A program made the translations under genes and the position numbers. A stretch of 48,734 nt of DNA from Rhizaria sp. SCN 62-66 (Eukaryota), in assembly GCA_001724265.1 (NCBI GenBank), contig MEDY01000219.1, positions 1-48,734 of the forward strand. Direction: 5' to 3'. A model generated the notes under the pieces. That model did not search any database. It saw only the letters and a program-made list of their open reading frames with translations, and was not told the origin of the DNA. Numbering within the stretch: position 1 is the stretch's first letter; each line of letters opens with the position of its first letter. Shown here piece after piece: positions 34,001 to 44,170 of the stretch.

Positions 34001-36605
34001 TACGGCTGCAGGGCCGGCTAACAGCGCCTCTGCTGCGCTCTCCGCTACCGTGACGAGCGCTGCGGCGGCGGCGAGACCTGCAGCCGCGGTTGCGCCAGGG
34101 GCCCTGGCGGCGGGCGCCGGCGGCGAGAGTGGGAACTTCCTCGGCCAGAGCTCCGCGGAGACGGCCTCACAGTTTAATTGGCGCCAGAAGCAAAGCGTGC
34201 TCGCGCGCCAGCAGTACGTGCAGGCGCTCAACTCGACCAACGCCGGCCCCGGCGCTGGCGGCGTCGCCAGTGGTGCTCCCGCAGGCGTGGGCGCGGCGCT
34301 AACGCTGGACGCTGTCCCCAAGCGTTTCGGAGCGCTGGGCACCGCGCCGACGCCGACGTCGCACCCGTGGGTGTCGCCCGCAGCCGTGCTCGCGCTGGGC
34401 CTTGCGCCGCGCGCCGCGGACGGCGTCGTGCGCGACGCCGCTAGCCGCAGCAACGCCGCGCGTTGGCCCGGTGTCGCCGCCACGGCCAACGGACTCTCTA
34501 ACCCAACGCCTTACACCGGCTCGCCAGGGTCCCCGGCCCCCGGAATGCAGGGTGGCCTAACTACTTGCCCCGCCGCGGTGCCCTGCTCACTAACGCACGC
34601 GCTGCCGCGTGGGCTCTGCACCCCTTCGCCGCAGCAGCAGCAGATGCAGCCAGCACTCGCCACGCTGACTCTGTCGAACCCCAACAGCAACGGCAGCGGC
34701 AGCTTCAGCGGCAGTCTGAGCAACGGCAACAGCGGCGGCACGCCTGCGTCGGGTTTGACCACTCCGGGCGGCTACCCCGCGCAGCCCGCGTCGCAGGTGC
34801 AGTCTTAGGCACAGGCGCAGCTGCAGGCGCAGCCCGCGGCGTCGCTCTGGCCATCAGTGCCCGCGCGCCGCCTGCTGCAACACTTCCTCGTGCTGCACCA
34901 GCAGCTGCCCACGGGCTCCGCCGACGGGCTCGTGGCGGCCTCGTCGCGCCCGCACCGCGCCACGCTCGCTGCCGCCGCCGCGCGCCTGCCCGCGCAGCTT
35001 CAGGCGTTGGCCCGCGTCCCCGCGCGCGCAATGGCGCTGCCGCGCGGCGGGCTCGGCGCGCGCGCGGGCGCCGTGCCGCCGCTGCCCGCCATCGTGCCCG
35101 GCTCGCATGGGGCGCACAGCGGCGGCGGCAACCACGGGCTCGGCTACGGCTACGGGCTGGGCAGCAGCAGGGCCGCGGTGGCTGCGGCGGCGGCGGCGGC
35201 CGGCGTGGCGGTTAACGGCATCGGCTCGCGCGAGGTGTCGCTGCTGGGCGGCGCGGGCGGGCTCGGCGGCGGCGGCATGGGGCTCGGCCTCGGGCTCGGG
35301 CTCGGCGCAGGCGGTCCGCTGCCGCACGAGCAGGCGCGCATGCTGAGGCACCTGCGCGCGAGAGGTGAGGTCTCCACAGAGTCGGCGGCGTCGGTCGCCG
35401 CGATCACGGGCACGGACCACGCGCACCGGCGTGCAGTGCTCGCGATGCACAACGCACATGATAAAGCGCGTGGTGCCGAGGCGCGCAGTAGTGCGTTGGC
35501 GGGGGTGGACGAGGCGGACTCGGAGCAGGCGCGGCTTGACTTCGAGAGCCGGCTCAAGGTGTTGGGCGACATCGCTCAGGACATGGATCTGCCCGACTCT
35601 ATGCCCGACAGTAACCACGTCAGCGTCTCCGGGAACACGGAAGCAGATGCAGCGGGCACCGAGACGGCGCAGACTGACGCCGACACGATCGCCGAGGAAG
35701 ATGCTGACGCCCACGATGACGCCGACGCAGACGCCGACGCGGACGCTGACGCGCAGTACGACTCCGGTTTGTTCAACGCCATCGCCGCCCACGCCGCCTC
35801 CGGTCACCTGCAGCCGCACTCGTCCGGGCCGTCGCATGGGCCCGGCGCGGTGGTGGGTGGTGGGGGAACGCGCCTCACGGGCCGCACAGTGCGCGCGATG
35901 GCGCGCCACGTCGCGCGGCAGGGCGCGCGCGGGCTGCCTGGCGTGGTGTTGTCTACCACGCTCTCCGCCCCCGCGGACGCGGTGCGCGAGCCGCTGCTGG
36001 CCGGCGACGTGCCGCTATTCCTCTCACAGTCGCAGTCTCAATCCCAGATGCAGGCGCAGTCGCAGGCGGCGGTGGCCGCGGTGCCCGCGAAGGTGTTTGC
36101 CACCGGCACGAGCTCACAGCAGCACCACCACTACACGCAGGGCCACAGCAGCAGGAACAGCTCGGGCGTGGCGGCTTACCAGGGCTACGGCCCCGCTGCC
36201 GCCGCGGCCGCGACGGGCGAGCCTGGCGCTATGATGGTGACGCGTTCGGGCACGCTGCCCACCAACGCGCTCTACCCTTCGCTGCCCACCCACAGCCGCT
36301 CGGCCTCGCACGGCGGCTCTCACGGCCAGCTGAGTGCGCGCGGCGACCCCGCGCAGTCGCCGCTGACTGCGCAGATGTCCGCGACCATGTCCGCGTCGAT
36401 GTCGACATCGATGGCGGCGCCGCTGTCCGCACGCACGCAGCAGTCGGGGTTCGGTATGAGCGCGGGCACGCGCAGGCTCACGGCCGCGCTGTCCGCAGCG
36501 AAGGCCTCGCTGGCCGCGTCGTCGACAGCGTCGCCGACCGCAGCTATAACAACAACCGCGACTGCACCGCAGACTGGGGGCGCCTCTGAGCAGCTACAGC
36601 AACAA

Positions 36606-36651
<46 letters not shown>

Positions 36652-37340
36652 CTGTGGGCGGCGCTGGCGGCGTCGCCATCGGGTCCGCGGGCGCAAGCGT
36701 GACCGTGACGGCGGTGGGCGCGCGCGGCGCTGCCGACCCGTGGCTACTGCGCGTTGATCCATACACGCCACTGCCGCCCCTTGGCGCAACAGCAACTGCT
36801 ACTGGCACAGCGCCGGCCACCGCGCCAGCCGCTGCAACGCCTGCAAAGGGAAGCAAGTCCGGTGTCGCTGGCGCTCACCGTGCACACAGTCACTCTGCCC
36901 ACTCTGCTCACGGTCGCCCTGCTCACGGTCACTCTGCTCACGGTCACGCGGCGCCCAACCACGTCCCTCTGCCGGTGAACCCGCTGTTGTTCTCCGTCGC
37001 GGTCGCCACGGCCGCTCGCACTGCCAACTCCTCTGCAATGCCTGCTGATGCGGATACGAGCTCAGCCCGCGCGCAACAACAGAGCGACGCCGGCGGTGAT
37101 GGCTCGCTTAAAGCGAAGCCGCGCGCTATGGGGCTGGTTTACGACGCTCTGCGCGAGCAGCAGCAGCACGAGCAGTTACAGCTGCAGATGCAGTACCGCC
37201 ATCCTCAACACCAGCAGCAGCAACAGCACGGACTGGGCCGCAGTCGCCACGTGCGCGGCGTGACCGGACGCGCGGGCGCAGGCGCTGTAGACGTAAATGC
37301 GAACGATATTGCACTGACTGCGCTCGTTTTCTCGCCCTAA
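31003..37340 (+). CDS. Large low-complexity (Ala/Ser/Gln/Gly) protein of unknown function; exons 31003-31545 and 31686-37340; in-frame TAGs at 31048 and 34806 (~2065 aa)
   Basis: ATG 31003 (MASPARSLVGSLPAS*MPAV) is in frame with ORF 31051. A phase-0 intron joins ...EAAQ to ENPHG.... ORFs 31236-34808 and 34857-37340 are one frame joined by TAG in SQVQS*AQAQLQAQ. Stop TAA 37338-37340, followed by an abrupt drop in GC. No recognisable domain. If the first TAG were a stop, the start would be ATG 31051. Confidence 0.72.
31546..31685 (+). other. Spliceosomal intron (140 nt), phase 0
   Basis: CAG|GTACGT donor, AT-rich body, ...ctcaaccAG|GAG acceptor; explains the frame change between ORFs 31051 and 31236. 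Confidence 0.88.
36597..36650 (+). repeat. CAG/CAA trinucleotide repeat encoding 18 Gln
   Basis: cag caa caa caa followed by a pure (cag)n run. Confidence 0.93.
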
Positions 37341-38347
37341 ACGCAAGAGAATGCGGTGATTTATAAGCTTTATTACATAGCCATCCCAGTTACGTTAGTT
37401 TGCAAGCAATCTTCTCCAGATGCTTGATTAATACATACAATATCATCCCTTGATAAAAGCATTCGTAAGATTACATGACACAACGGTAAAGCGTGATGCA
37501 GCCGATAGACATAACAGTTGGTGTGATACGATTACAGAGAGAAAATGGAGTAAGTGATGTCATTTCAGATGAGAGCTAAGGGGGGTTTGTTGTTTGAATA
37601 CAAGATTGACAAGACCTTTTATTAGATTACCCTATAAAACTTCTGAATCCTCCTTCCTTTTCCTATTATTATCTATCATCATGATTAATAATAAATCATG
37701 AAAACACCCTTGTTGATACCTAGATATTCACGGCAAGGTAAAGTTGTCGTTTGCCTGTCGCTTTAAAGCATGCGCCCCGGCTCGACAAAAGCACAGATGA
37801 CTGCACAAACAAAAACGCGTGCGCTATCTGCATGCATGTCCGTCTCACACGCATCGCAACTGTAGCTCAGATTCATTCATCACACAATGGAGTTCCTAGA
37901 TACAACTTTTGCAACTCGTTACATCTGACTTACAAGACTTCCGTGAACCGCGTTTTCATGAGCACACACAATCGTGGAAAGCAACACACAAACAGACCGG
38001 CAATGGTCCGCAAGGGGCAAATCACGAGCAGTGAGAGCTGAGAATTTGGTTCGACAGTAGCTCGAACAAGTCAGGAACAAAGGAGATTGATCGAAGAAAA
38101 ACATTGCGAAAAGAAAACGAAAGCTCGCAGAAACGAGATAAAGAGAAAGACACGCAAAGCGAAATAACACAGCGGACTGCAGCACAGCTCAAAACAGCGC
38201 CGCCGAGTGGGCGTGACGCGCACAGAGAGCGACCGACATTAAGTTGCAAGTTGACACACAGTGGTTAAGTTATGTGCGCCCACCTACAGCAACTATCTCA
38301 TACTCTCAAAGAGAGAGTATAGCGTGTTGTTGCGATGTAGGGCAAAC

Positions 38348-40696
38348 TTACATCTTGCGGGCCTTCTTGACGAAGAGGTCGAGCTCCTTCATCTTGGAGT
38401 TGAGGGCATCGATGGTGAGGGAGGCCTCCTCGGCCTCAGCCCAGGCGGACACCTCCTGAACCTTGTTCATGAGCAGGTCAGCGGCCTCCTGAGACTTGGG
38501 CGCAATGTTCTGCGCGATGTTCTGGATGCCGTAGAGCTTCTGCTCAAGCTGGTTGCGGGCCTCGGCAGTCTTGGCGGAGTTCTCGTCCTCCTGGCGGTAC
38601 TGCTCGGCATCGGCGGTCATCTGAGCGATCTCGTCCTCGGTGGCGCGGGAGCCACGGGCGATCTCGATGTCGGCCTTGGCGCCGGTGGTCTGGTCGACGG
38701 CGGTGACGGTAAGGATACCGTTGGAGTCGATGGCGAAGGAGACATCGATCTTGGGCTCACCACGCTTGGCCTTCTCAATGCCGGAGATGTTGAACTCGCC
38801 GAGGAGGTGGTTGTCGGTGGTCTTGGCACGCTCACCCTCGTAGACGGAGACGTCGACGGCGGTCTGGTAGTTCTCCTCGGTGGTGTAGATCTCAGTGCGG
38901 ACGCAGGGGATGGGGGTGTTGCGGGGGATGACGACGGACATCACGCGGCCGACAGTCTCGATACCGAGGGAGAGGGGGGTGACGTCGAGCAGGAGCAGGT
39001 CGCGGGTCTCGGAAGAGCGCTGGCCAGAGAGGATAGCACCCTGGACGGCAGCACCGAAGGCGACAGCCTCATCGGGGTTAAGGGTCTTGCAGAGCTGCTT
39101 GCCGCCGAAGAAGGCAGAGAGCTCGGTCTGGATCTTGGGGACACGGGTAGAGCCACCGACGAGGACGATGTCATCGATGTCCTCGGGGGACATAGCGGCG
39201 TCCTTAAGGACGGTCTTGACGGTCTCGAGGCAGCGCGCGATAAGGGCCTTGGTGGTCTTGTCGAAGAACTCACGGGTGAAGGTGAAGGTGAAGTCCTTGG
39301 CGGCAGTGGTGCCCTCACGGGGGATCAGGGCCTCGATGACAATCTCGGTCGACTCGACGGAAGAGAGCTCACGCTTAGCCTTCTCGATGGCGGCCATGAT
39401 GCGCTTGACGTTGCGGGCCTCGGCGACGCACTCCTCGTTGAAACCCTGGGCAAGGAGAGCCTCCTTGAGGGCGTCGAAGACGGTGTGGTCGATATCCTCA
39501 CCACCGAGACGGGTGTCACCGCCGGTAGCCTTGACCTCGAAGATGCCCTTCTCGATGACGAGAACGGAAACGTCGAAGGTACCACCACCGAGGTCGAAGA
39601 TGAGCACGCGCTCAGCGCCCTCAGTCTCCTCGACGGCAACGTTGTTGCGGGCGTTGAGGGACTTCTTGTCGAGGCCGTAGGCGAGGGCGGCGGCGGTGGG
39701 CTCGTTGATGATGCGGAGCACCTCGAGGCCGGCGATCTGGCCAGCGGACTTGGTGGCAGCACGCTGCGAGTCGTTGAAGTAGGCGGGGACGGTGATGACA
39801 GCCTTGGTGACGGGGACACCGAGGTGCTTCTCAGCGCACTTCTTGAGGTAGGCGAGGACGAAGGCCGAGATCTCCTCGGGGGCGAAGACCTTGAACTGGC
39901 CAGCACCGACCTCGACGCGGACGCCGGGCTTGGTGGAGCCGGCCTCACGGGGCACGACGGAGTAGGGGTAGCGCTTGAGGTCCTCAGTGACACCGGAGTC
40001 CTCGAGGGAGTGGCCGATGAAACGCTTGACGTCGAAGACGGTGTTCTTGGGGTGGCGGGAGGCCTCGAGCTTGGCCTCAGAGCCGACAAGACGCTTGCCG
40101 TTCTTGAGGAAGGAGACGTACGAGGGGGTGGTCATCTCACCGTGGTCGTTGGGGATGACGACGACGCCGCCGTCCTTCCAGTAGGACATGCAGGAGTAGG
40201 TGGTACCGAGGTCGATACCGAGGACAACCTCCTTGGGCTCGGAGTCCTCCTCACCCTTCTTCTGGTTCTTCTTCTTCTTCTTGGCCTGCATGGCGGCGAT
40301 CTGCTTGGTGATCGAGTCGAGACCATCGTGGAGAGTCTTGTCGATGGGGTCGATGTCGAGACCGGCCTCGTAGGCGCTCTTAGCCTCGGCGAACTTCTTC
40401 AGGGCGAAGAAGGCGGAAGCCTTGCGCTGGTAAGCCTTGAGGAACTCCTTGTTCATGGCGATGGACGCATCAGCATCGTCGACGGCCTTGAAAAGAGCAT
40501 CGCGGGCCTCGTTCTCGGACTGGGCGTTCTTGGCCAGGGAGGTGTAAGCAGCAGCACGGTTGCAGTACGTCTCGGTGGTCTTCTTGAGCTCGAGGGACTG
40601 GGAGAAGTACTCAACAGCACCCTTGAAATCGTTGTTGGTGAAGCACTTCTTGCCGGCCTCAGAGAGAGCCTCAGGGGTCTTGTCAACCGCTTGCAT
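38348..40696 (-). CDS. hsp70: TPR-domain-Hsp70 fusion (~782 aa), cytosolic type without C-terminal EEVD
   Basis: Hsp70 signatures GIDLGTTYS, AVITVPAYFNDSQR, RIINEPTAAALAYG, IFDLGGGTFDVS, IVLVGGSTRVPK, NPDEAVAFGAAVQ and LLLLDVTPLSLGIET. The N-terminal ~130 aa are three TPR-like repeats (ALSEAGKKCF, TYCNRAAAY, FLKAYQRKASAF). First ATG 40696; stop TAA; ends LDLFVKKARKM. Confidence 0.95.
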   Translation of the reverse strand: MQAVDKTPEALSEAGKKCFTNNDFKGAVEYFSQSLELKKTTETYCNRAAAYTSLAKNAQSENEARDALFKAVDDADASIAMNKEFLKAYQRKASAFFALKKFAEAKSAYEAGLDIDPIDKTLHDGLDSITKQIAAMQAKKKKKNQKKGEEDSEPKEVVLGIDLGTTYSCMSYWKDGGVVVIPNDHGEMTTPSYVSFLKNGKRLVGSEAKLEASRHPKNTVFDVKRFIGHSLEDSGVTEDLKRYPYSVVPREAGSTKPGVRVEVGAGQFKVFAPEEISAFVLAYLKKCAEKHLGVPVTKAVITVPAYFNDSQRAATKSAGQIAGLEVLRIINEPTAAALAYGLDKKSLNARNNVAVEETEGAERVLIFDLGGGTFDVSVLVIEKGIFEVKATGGDTRLGGEDIDHTVFDALKEALLAQGFNEECVAEARNVKRIMAAIEKAKRELSSVESTEIVIEALIPREGTTAAKDFTFTFTREFFDKTTKALIARCLETVKTVLKDAAMSPEDIDDIVLVGGSTRVPKIQTELSAFFGGKQLCKTLNPDEAVAFGAAVQGAILSGQRSSETRDLLLLDVTPLSLGIETVGRVMSVVIPRNTPIPCVRTEIYTTEENYQTAVDVSVYEGERAKTTDNHLLGEFNISGIEKAKRGEPKIDVSFAIDSNGILTVTAVDQTTGAKADIEIARGSRATEDEIAQMTADAEQYRQEDENSAKTAEARNQLEQKLYGIQNIAQNIAPKSQEAADLLMNKVQEVSAWAEAEEASLTIDALNSKMKELDLFVKKARKM

Positions 40697-41787
40697 TCTT
40701 GAGAGATGAGAGCAAGAAAGCAAAGAACGAGAAGAAACAAGCAAAGAGAGCGTGCGCAATGCGGGAAGTGAGCGGCGAGTTGCGTGGGTAAAATTCGCAT
40801 GGAAAGTCAAGCGTAACCGATGAAAAAAAGATTGACTGGTTTTAACTAATAGCTAAACAAGGCTATAAAGCAATTCTTAAGCGCAATATGCACAGGATTC
40901 GACATGAAAGCGGGCGAAACTGAATCGGTCCCCAAGACCCGATGATGAGGCCCGATCGCGACTTTTGTTGCGCCCGCAATCTGCGGTTTACCCTCTTCCG
41001 TAAGCAAAAGCAAATTTAAAAGCTGATTCACAAGCCCGTTGCCAATGCAATGATACACCACCGAACGCAAAAGGGTCTTTACAGAGTCCAATATGGGGGC
41101 GGCTCAAATCACGGCAAAGCTTTCTCCGCACCAGCCCCTCAGTCGCTCGACGGACCGGGGGTCGCTCCCCAACGTGCGAAGCTAAGCCGCCGTAATTTTT
41201 CGGCCCTTGCCTGGCCATGGAGAGTGTCCGATTTTCTCTCCTTCTTTCACATACACCGCTCTCTTACCAACTAGTTTGCTAATAATACTGATTTGGCTTT
41301 GTATAAGCGCTTTTAACAAAGCATCTTGTGTTATTATCTTTTGCTTTGAATACTTATGCGATGATTTAATTGCATTTGCCGAAAGATTCAGGACGTCGCT
41401 GTTGACAGCAAAAGAGTGACTTTTACCTTAGTAGAGCACATGAGCGGGGACAGAATACGAGTTCATGACAAAGGAGAAAAAAATATAATGGGTTCTATTA
41501 GGTTTGCTTTGTAAACGTGACTTATACCGCGCCTGCCGCGCCATTTCCCCCTTCCTGCCTTGGAGTTCTGACTGAGCTCATGAACAAACTGGACGTCCAC
41601 GTTAACACACACACATAGTAGACAACCGACGAACAGATATAGGCATATGCTAGATACCATAAACCAATTATCGACCTAGTTAGCGTCCATCCATCTCTTC
41701 TTCGTTCTGTTCCACTGCGTTCCATGAAGTTACGGTGTCTGTTGTGATAAGTTTGAGTTTGTTTCATGTGAGCGGAGTGATGAGTAC

Positions 41788-43590
41788 TTAGAACGACTCC
41801 TCCTCCGCCTCGGTCTCGGCGTCAACATCGGCCTCAAACTCGACGTCAGCCTCGCCCTCAGCGTCAGCGTCAGCATCGGCGTCGGCCTCGCCCTCCTCGT
41901 CGGCGTCCGCGTCCACATCCGCCTCTTCGTCAACCTCGTACTCGGCGTCCGTCTCCATCAGAGTCGCCTTGGGCGCGCCGCCCGCCGCCGCGCCGCCGGC
42001 AGCAGCGCCGCCGGATGCGCCGGGTTGCGTGCCGATGGTGAGGCCGTAGTCCTGGAACGTGGCGTTGAAGTCCTCCTTGAGTGCGCGCGGCAGAGAGTCA
42101 TACGCGACGTAGTTGGGGCACTTCTTGGCGTCGTCGCAGCCCACGCATGCGCAGGCGACCTTGGTGAACTTGGCCTCCCACTCCGAGGCCTTCTCCTCGA
42201 TCTGCTTCTGCAGCTCCTCGCAGCGCTCCTTGAAGGACCGGTGCTTGGGAGTCTCGCTCTCGGCCTCCATGCCGGCGCGCTTGAACGCCTCGCCGGCGCC
42301 AGGGTAGTCAGTCGGCTCCATAGGCTTGACGAACTTGTCGCACGCGCCCTTGATCGGCACAACCTTGATCTCGATGTTGCCCTGAGAGAGCGAAAGACAA
42401 AAGAAAAAAGCAGCAGAATACAAAAGAGTTTAAAGTATGGGTGAGAAAAGTGTTTAGGGTGTTGAACAAGGAGAACATTAAGAGAAATCATGCGAACATC
42501 GACGTGTTTGATCACGTTGTCTCTGTGCTCACATGGTATACACTTTGATTCGCCACGAAGATGAGACACTAAACGTGGGACGAGTAAGGGGTAAGACTTC
42601 ACAAGGTTGTTTGTAAGTGCGGCGTACCTGGCACTTAGCGAGGGCCTTAGCCTTGTCTTCCTCGCCGCGGCACTCAGTGACGGCCGCGGGGTGGGGGAAG
42701 TTGCCCTGGAAGACGTGGCGCTCCAGCCAGTTGGTCATGCGGTCGCCCTTCTCGCAGCAGCTGAACAGGTCCTGAGAAGAGAAAGCGAGAAGAAACATCA
42801 AAAAAAGGGATATGACGAGGTTAGCAAACGCATAGAGAGACAAAAATATGCCACAATATAATATATAATTCACATTGTCGTATAAAGCCACTCGATGCCA
42901 ACTCCATAGTGTCGCACGAGAGATCATCATGCATATTATTTTTTTTCACTTTGCGACACGTACCTGGCAGCCGTGGGTCATGAGGTAGCCCTCGAGCGCG
43001 CGGGGCACAACGCCCTCGCTGAGCTCCTTCTTGAACGCCGCGGAGCCGCCGATGGGGCGGACCTTGACCTCCCAGAGCAGGCGCAGACACAGCGGCGCGC
43101 AGAAGAGGCGCTTGCATGTCTGCATCCACTGCGGGCACTGCGGCAGCTGCGGCTCCTGGTTGTAGCACGGGTTGCACATGTCGAGTCCCGGGCACGGCTC
43201 GGGCTTCTCCTCCGCGGCCTTGTCGCCGCCGGCGGGCGCGCCCTCGCCCTCGCCCTCGCCTTCGCCGCGGGCCGCGGCGTACTGGCGTGCCGCGATGGCG
43301 AGGAACGATGAGTGCGAGTCGGCGGGCGTCGAGAGCGGCATGGAGCTCAGGGCAGGGATGCCGCTAAAGCGCTCTAGCAGCGCAAAGAGCGAGTCCCACT
43401 CGGCCTGCGTCGCGGGGCTCATCGGGGTCGACTGCGACGCCTCGGTGGCGAGCGCAGCGTCCGCCGACAGGTGCAGCTGCTGGTTCGTGGAGCCAGCGAT
43501 GTTGATGGCGGCAGCGATAGACGCCAGGGCACACAGCGCGGCAAGAATAGCCGCAACCTGGCGGGAAGAAACCGCAAGGAGACGAGCCAT
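41788..43590 (-). CDS. Secreted cysteine-rich protein with an acidic Asp/Glu/Ala C-terminal tail; exons 43590-42964, 42771-42628 and 42381-41788 (~454 aa)
   Basis: Signal peptide MARLLAVSSRQVAAILAALCALASIAAA. Cys-rich core (CPGLDMCNPCY...QCPQWMQTCKRLFCAPLC, SCCEK, ACACVGCDDAKKC). Tail ETDAEYEVDEEADVDADADEEGEADADADADAE. Two phase-0 introns link three GC-rich ORF segments; stop TAA. Confidence 0.82.
42382..42627 (-). other. Spliceosomal intron (246 nt), phase 0
   Basis: CAG|GTACGC donor; ...ctttcgctctctcAG|GGC acceptor. Confidence 0.85.
42772..42963 (-). other. Spliceosomal intron (192 nt), phase 0
   Basis: CAG|GTACGT donor; ...ttctcttctcAG|GAC acceptor. Confidence 0.87.
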
Positions 43591-44170
43591 TACACTCTAA
43601 AAAAGCGATAGGCGTAATAGGACATGCACAGAGAGGGGTGAGAGTGAGGCGAGAAGTGCATGGACAACAGAGCAAAAGGGGGAGCAGTTGGAGGTCAGCA
43701 GAGCGGCTGAATGACTCATTAGCGGAATTTCAATAAATACAATGACATGTTTACACTATGGAAAACTCTGAAAAGATACGAGATAACCCATTTGTCGGCG
43801 ATGGGAGGTACAACGAGAGGCAAACAAGGAGACATTGAGTTCTCGCCAGGTCCGAGTGCTCTCGTCTGACGTGGTTCGTAAAAATGGTCAGGCAAAGTTG
43901 AGGAAACTCGCCTCACTTTACGCGAATCAAGCTTCGTCTAAGTCTGTCAATTTTAAATCTCACTGATAGAGATAGAGCGATTGACTCGATTTCAACTCTG
44001 TCACGTTTTTGCATTTTCAGTGGTTACTGGGATAGAGCACTGCAGACACTCAGTTTCATGCTTCGTTTCCCGCCTAGCACGCCTGCCTCGCGTGCTTCTC
44101 TATCTTCCCGCTCACCGTATTCCCTGACTCAATCGCCTTCTTTTGCTGCTTTCCACAGACTTGGTCTTGC
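43591..44170. promoter_or_regulatory. Spacer between divergently oriented genes (secreted Cys-rich protein and Pro/Gln-rich protein); presumed promoter region
   Basis: Inferred only from gene orientation and base composition. Confidence 0.35.

Noticed and set aside
13356-37340. Interpretation of the three TAG-containing genes as pseudogenes or as seven to eight separate genes
   Set aside because: There are no frameshifts and no in-frame TAA/TGA, the splice sites and the VPS9/START domains are intact, and there is no spacer-like sequence at the breaks. All five interruptions are the same codon. This is disfavoured rather than formally excluded.
37341-38347. Search of this and the other spacers for a tRNA gene (especially anticodon CUA), snRNA or mobile element
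   Set aside because: No cloverleaf or A/B-box pattern, terminal repeats or transposase-like ORF was recognised. The decoding tRNA, if it exists, lies elsewhere.
38261-40702. 813-aa ORF on the + strand opposite Hsp70
   Set aside because: Long antisense frames opposite codon-biased Hsp70 genes are a well-known by-product, often mis-annotated as NAD-specific glutamate dehydrogenase. It has no independent coding features.
40942-41026. ATGATGA...CTGA pair resembling C/D-box snoRNA boxes upstream of Hsp70
   Set aside because: There is no convincing terminal stem or rRNA-complementary guide by eye, and such short motifs occur by chance. snoscan or Infernal would be needed.
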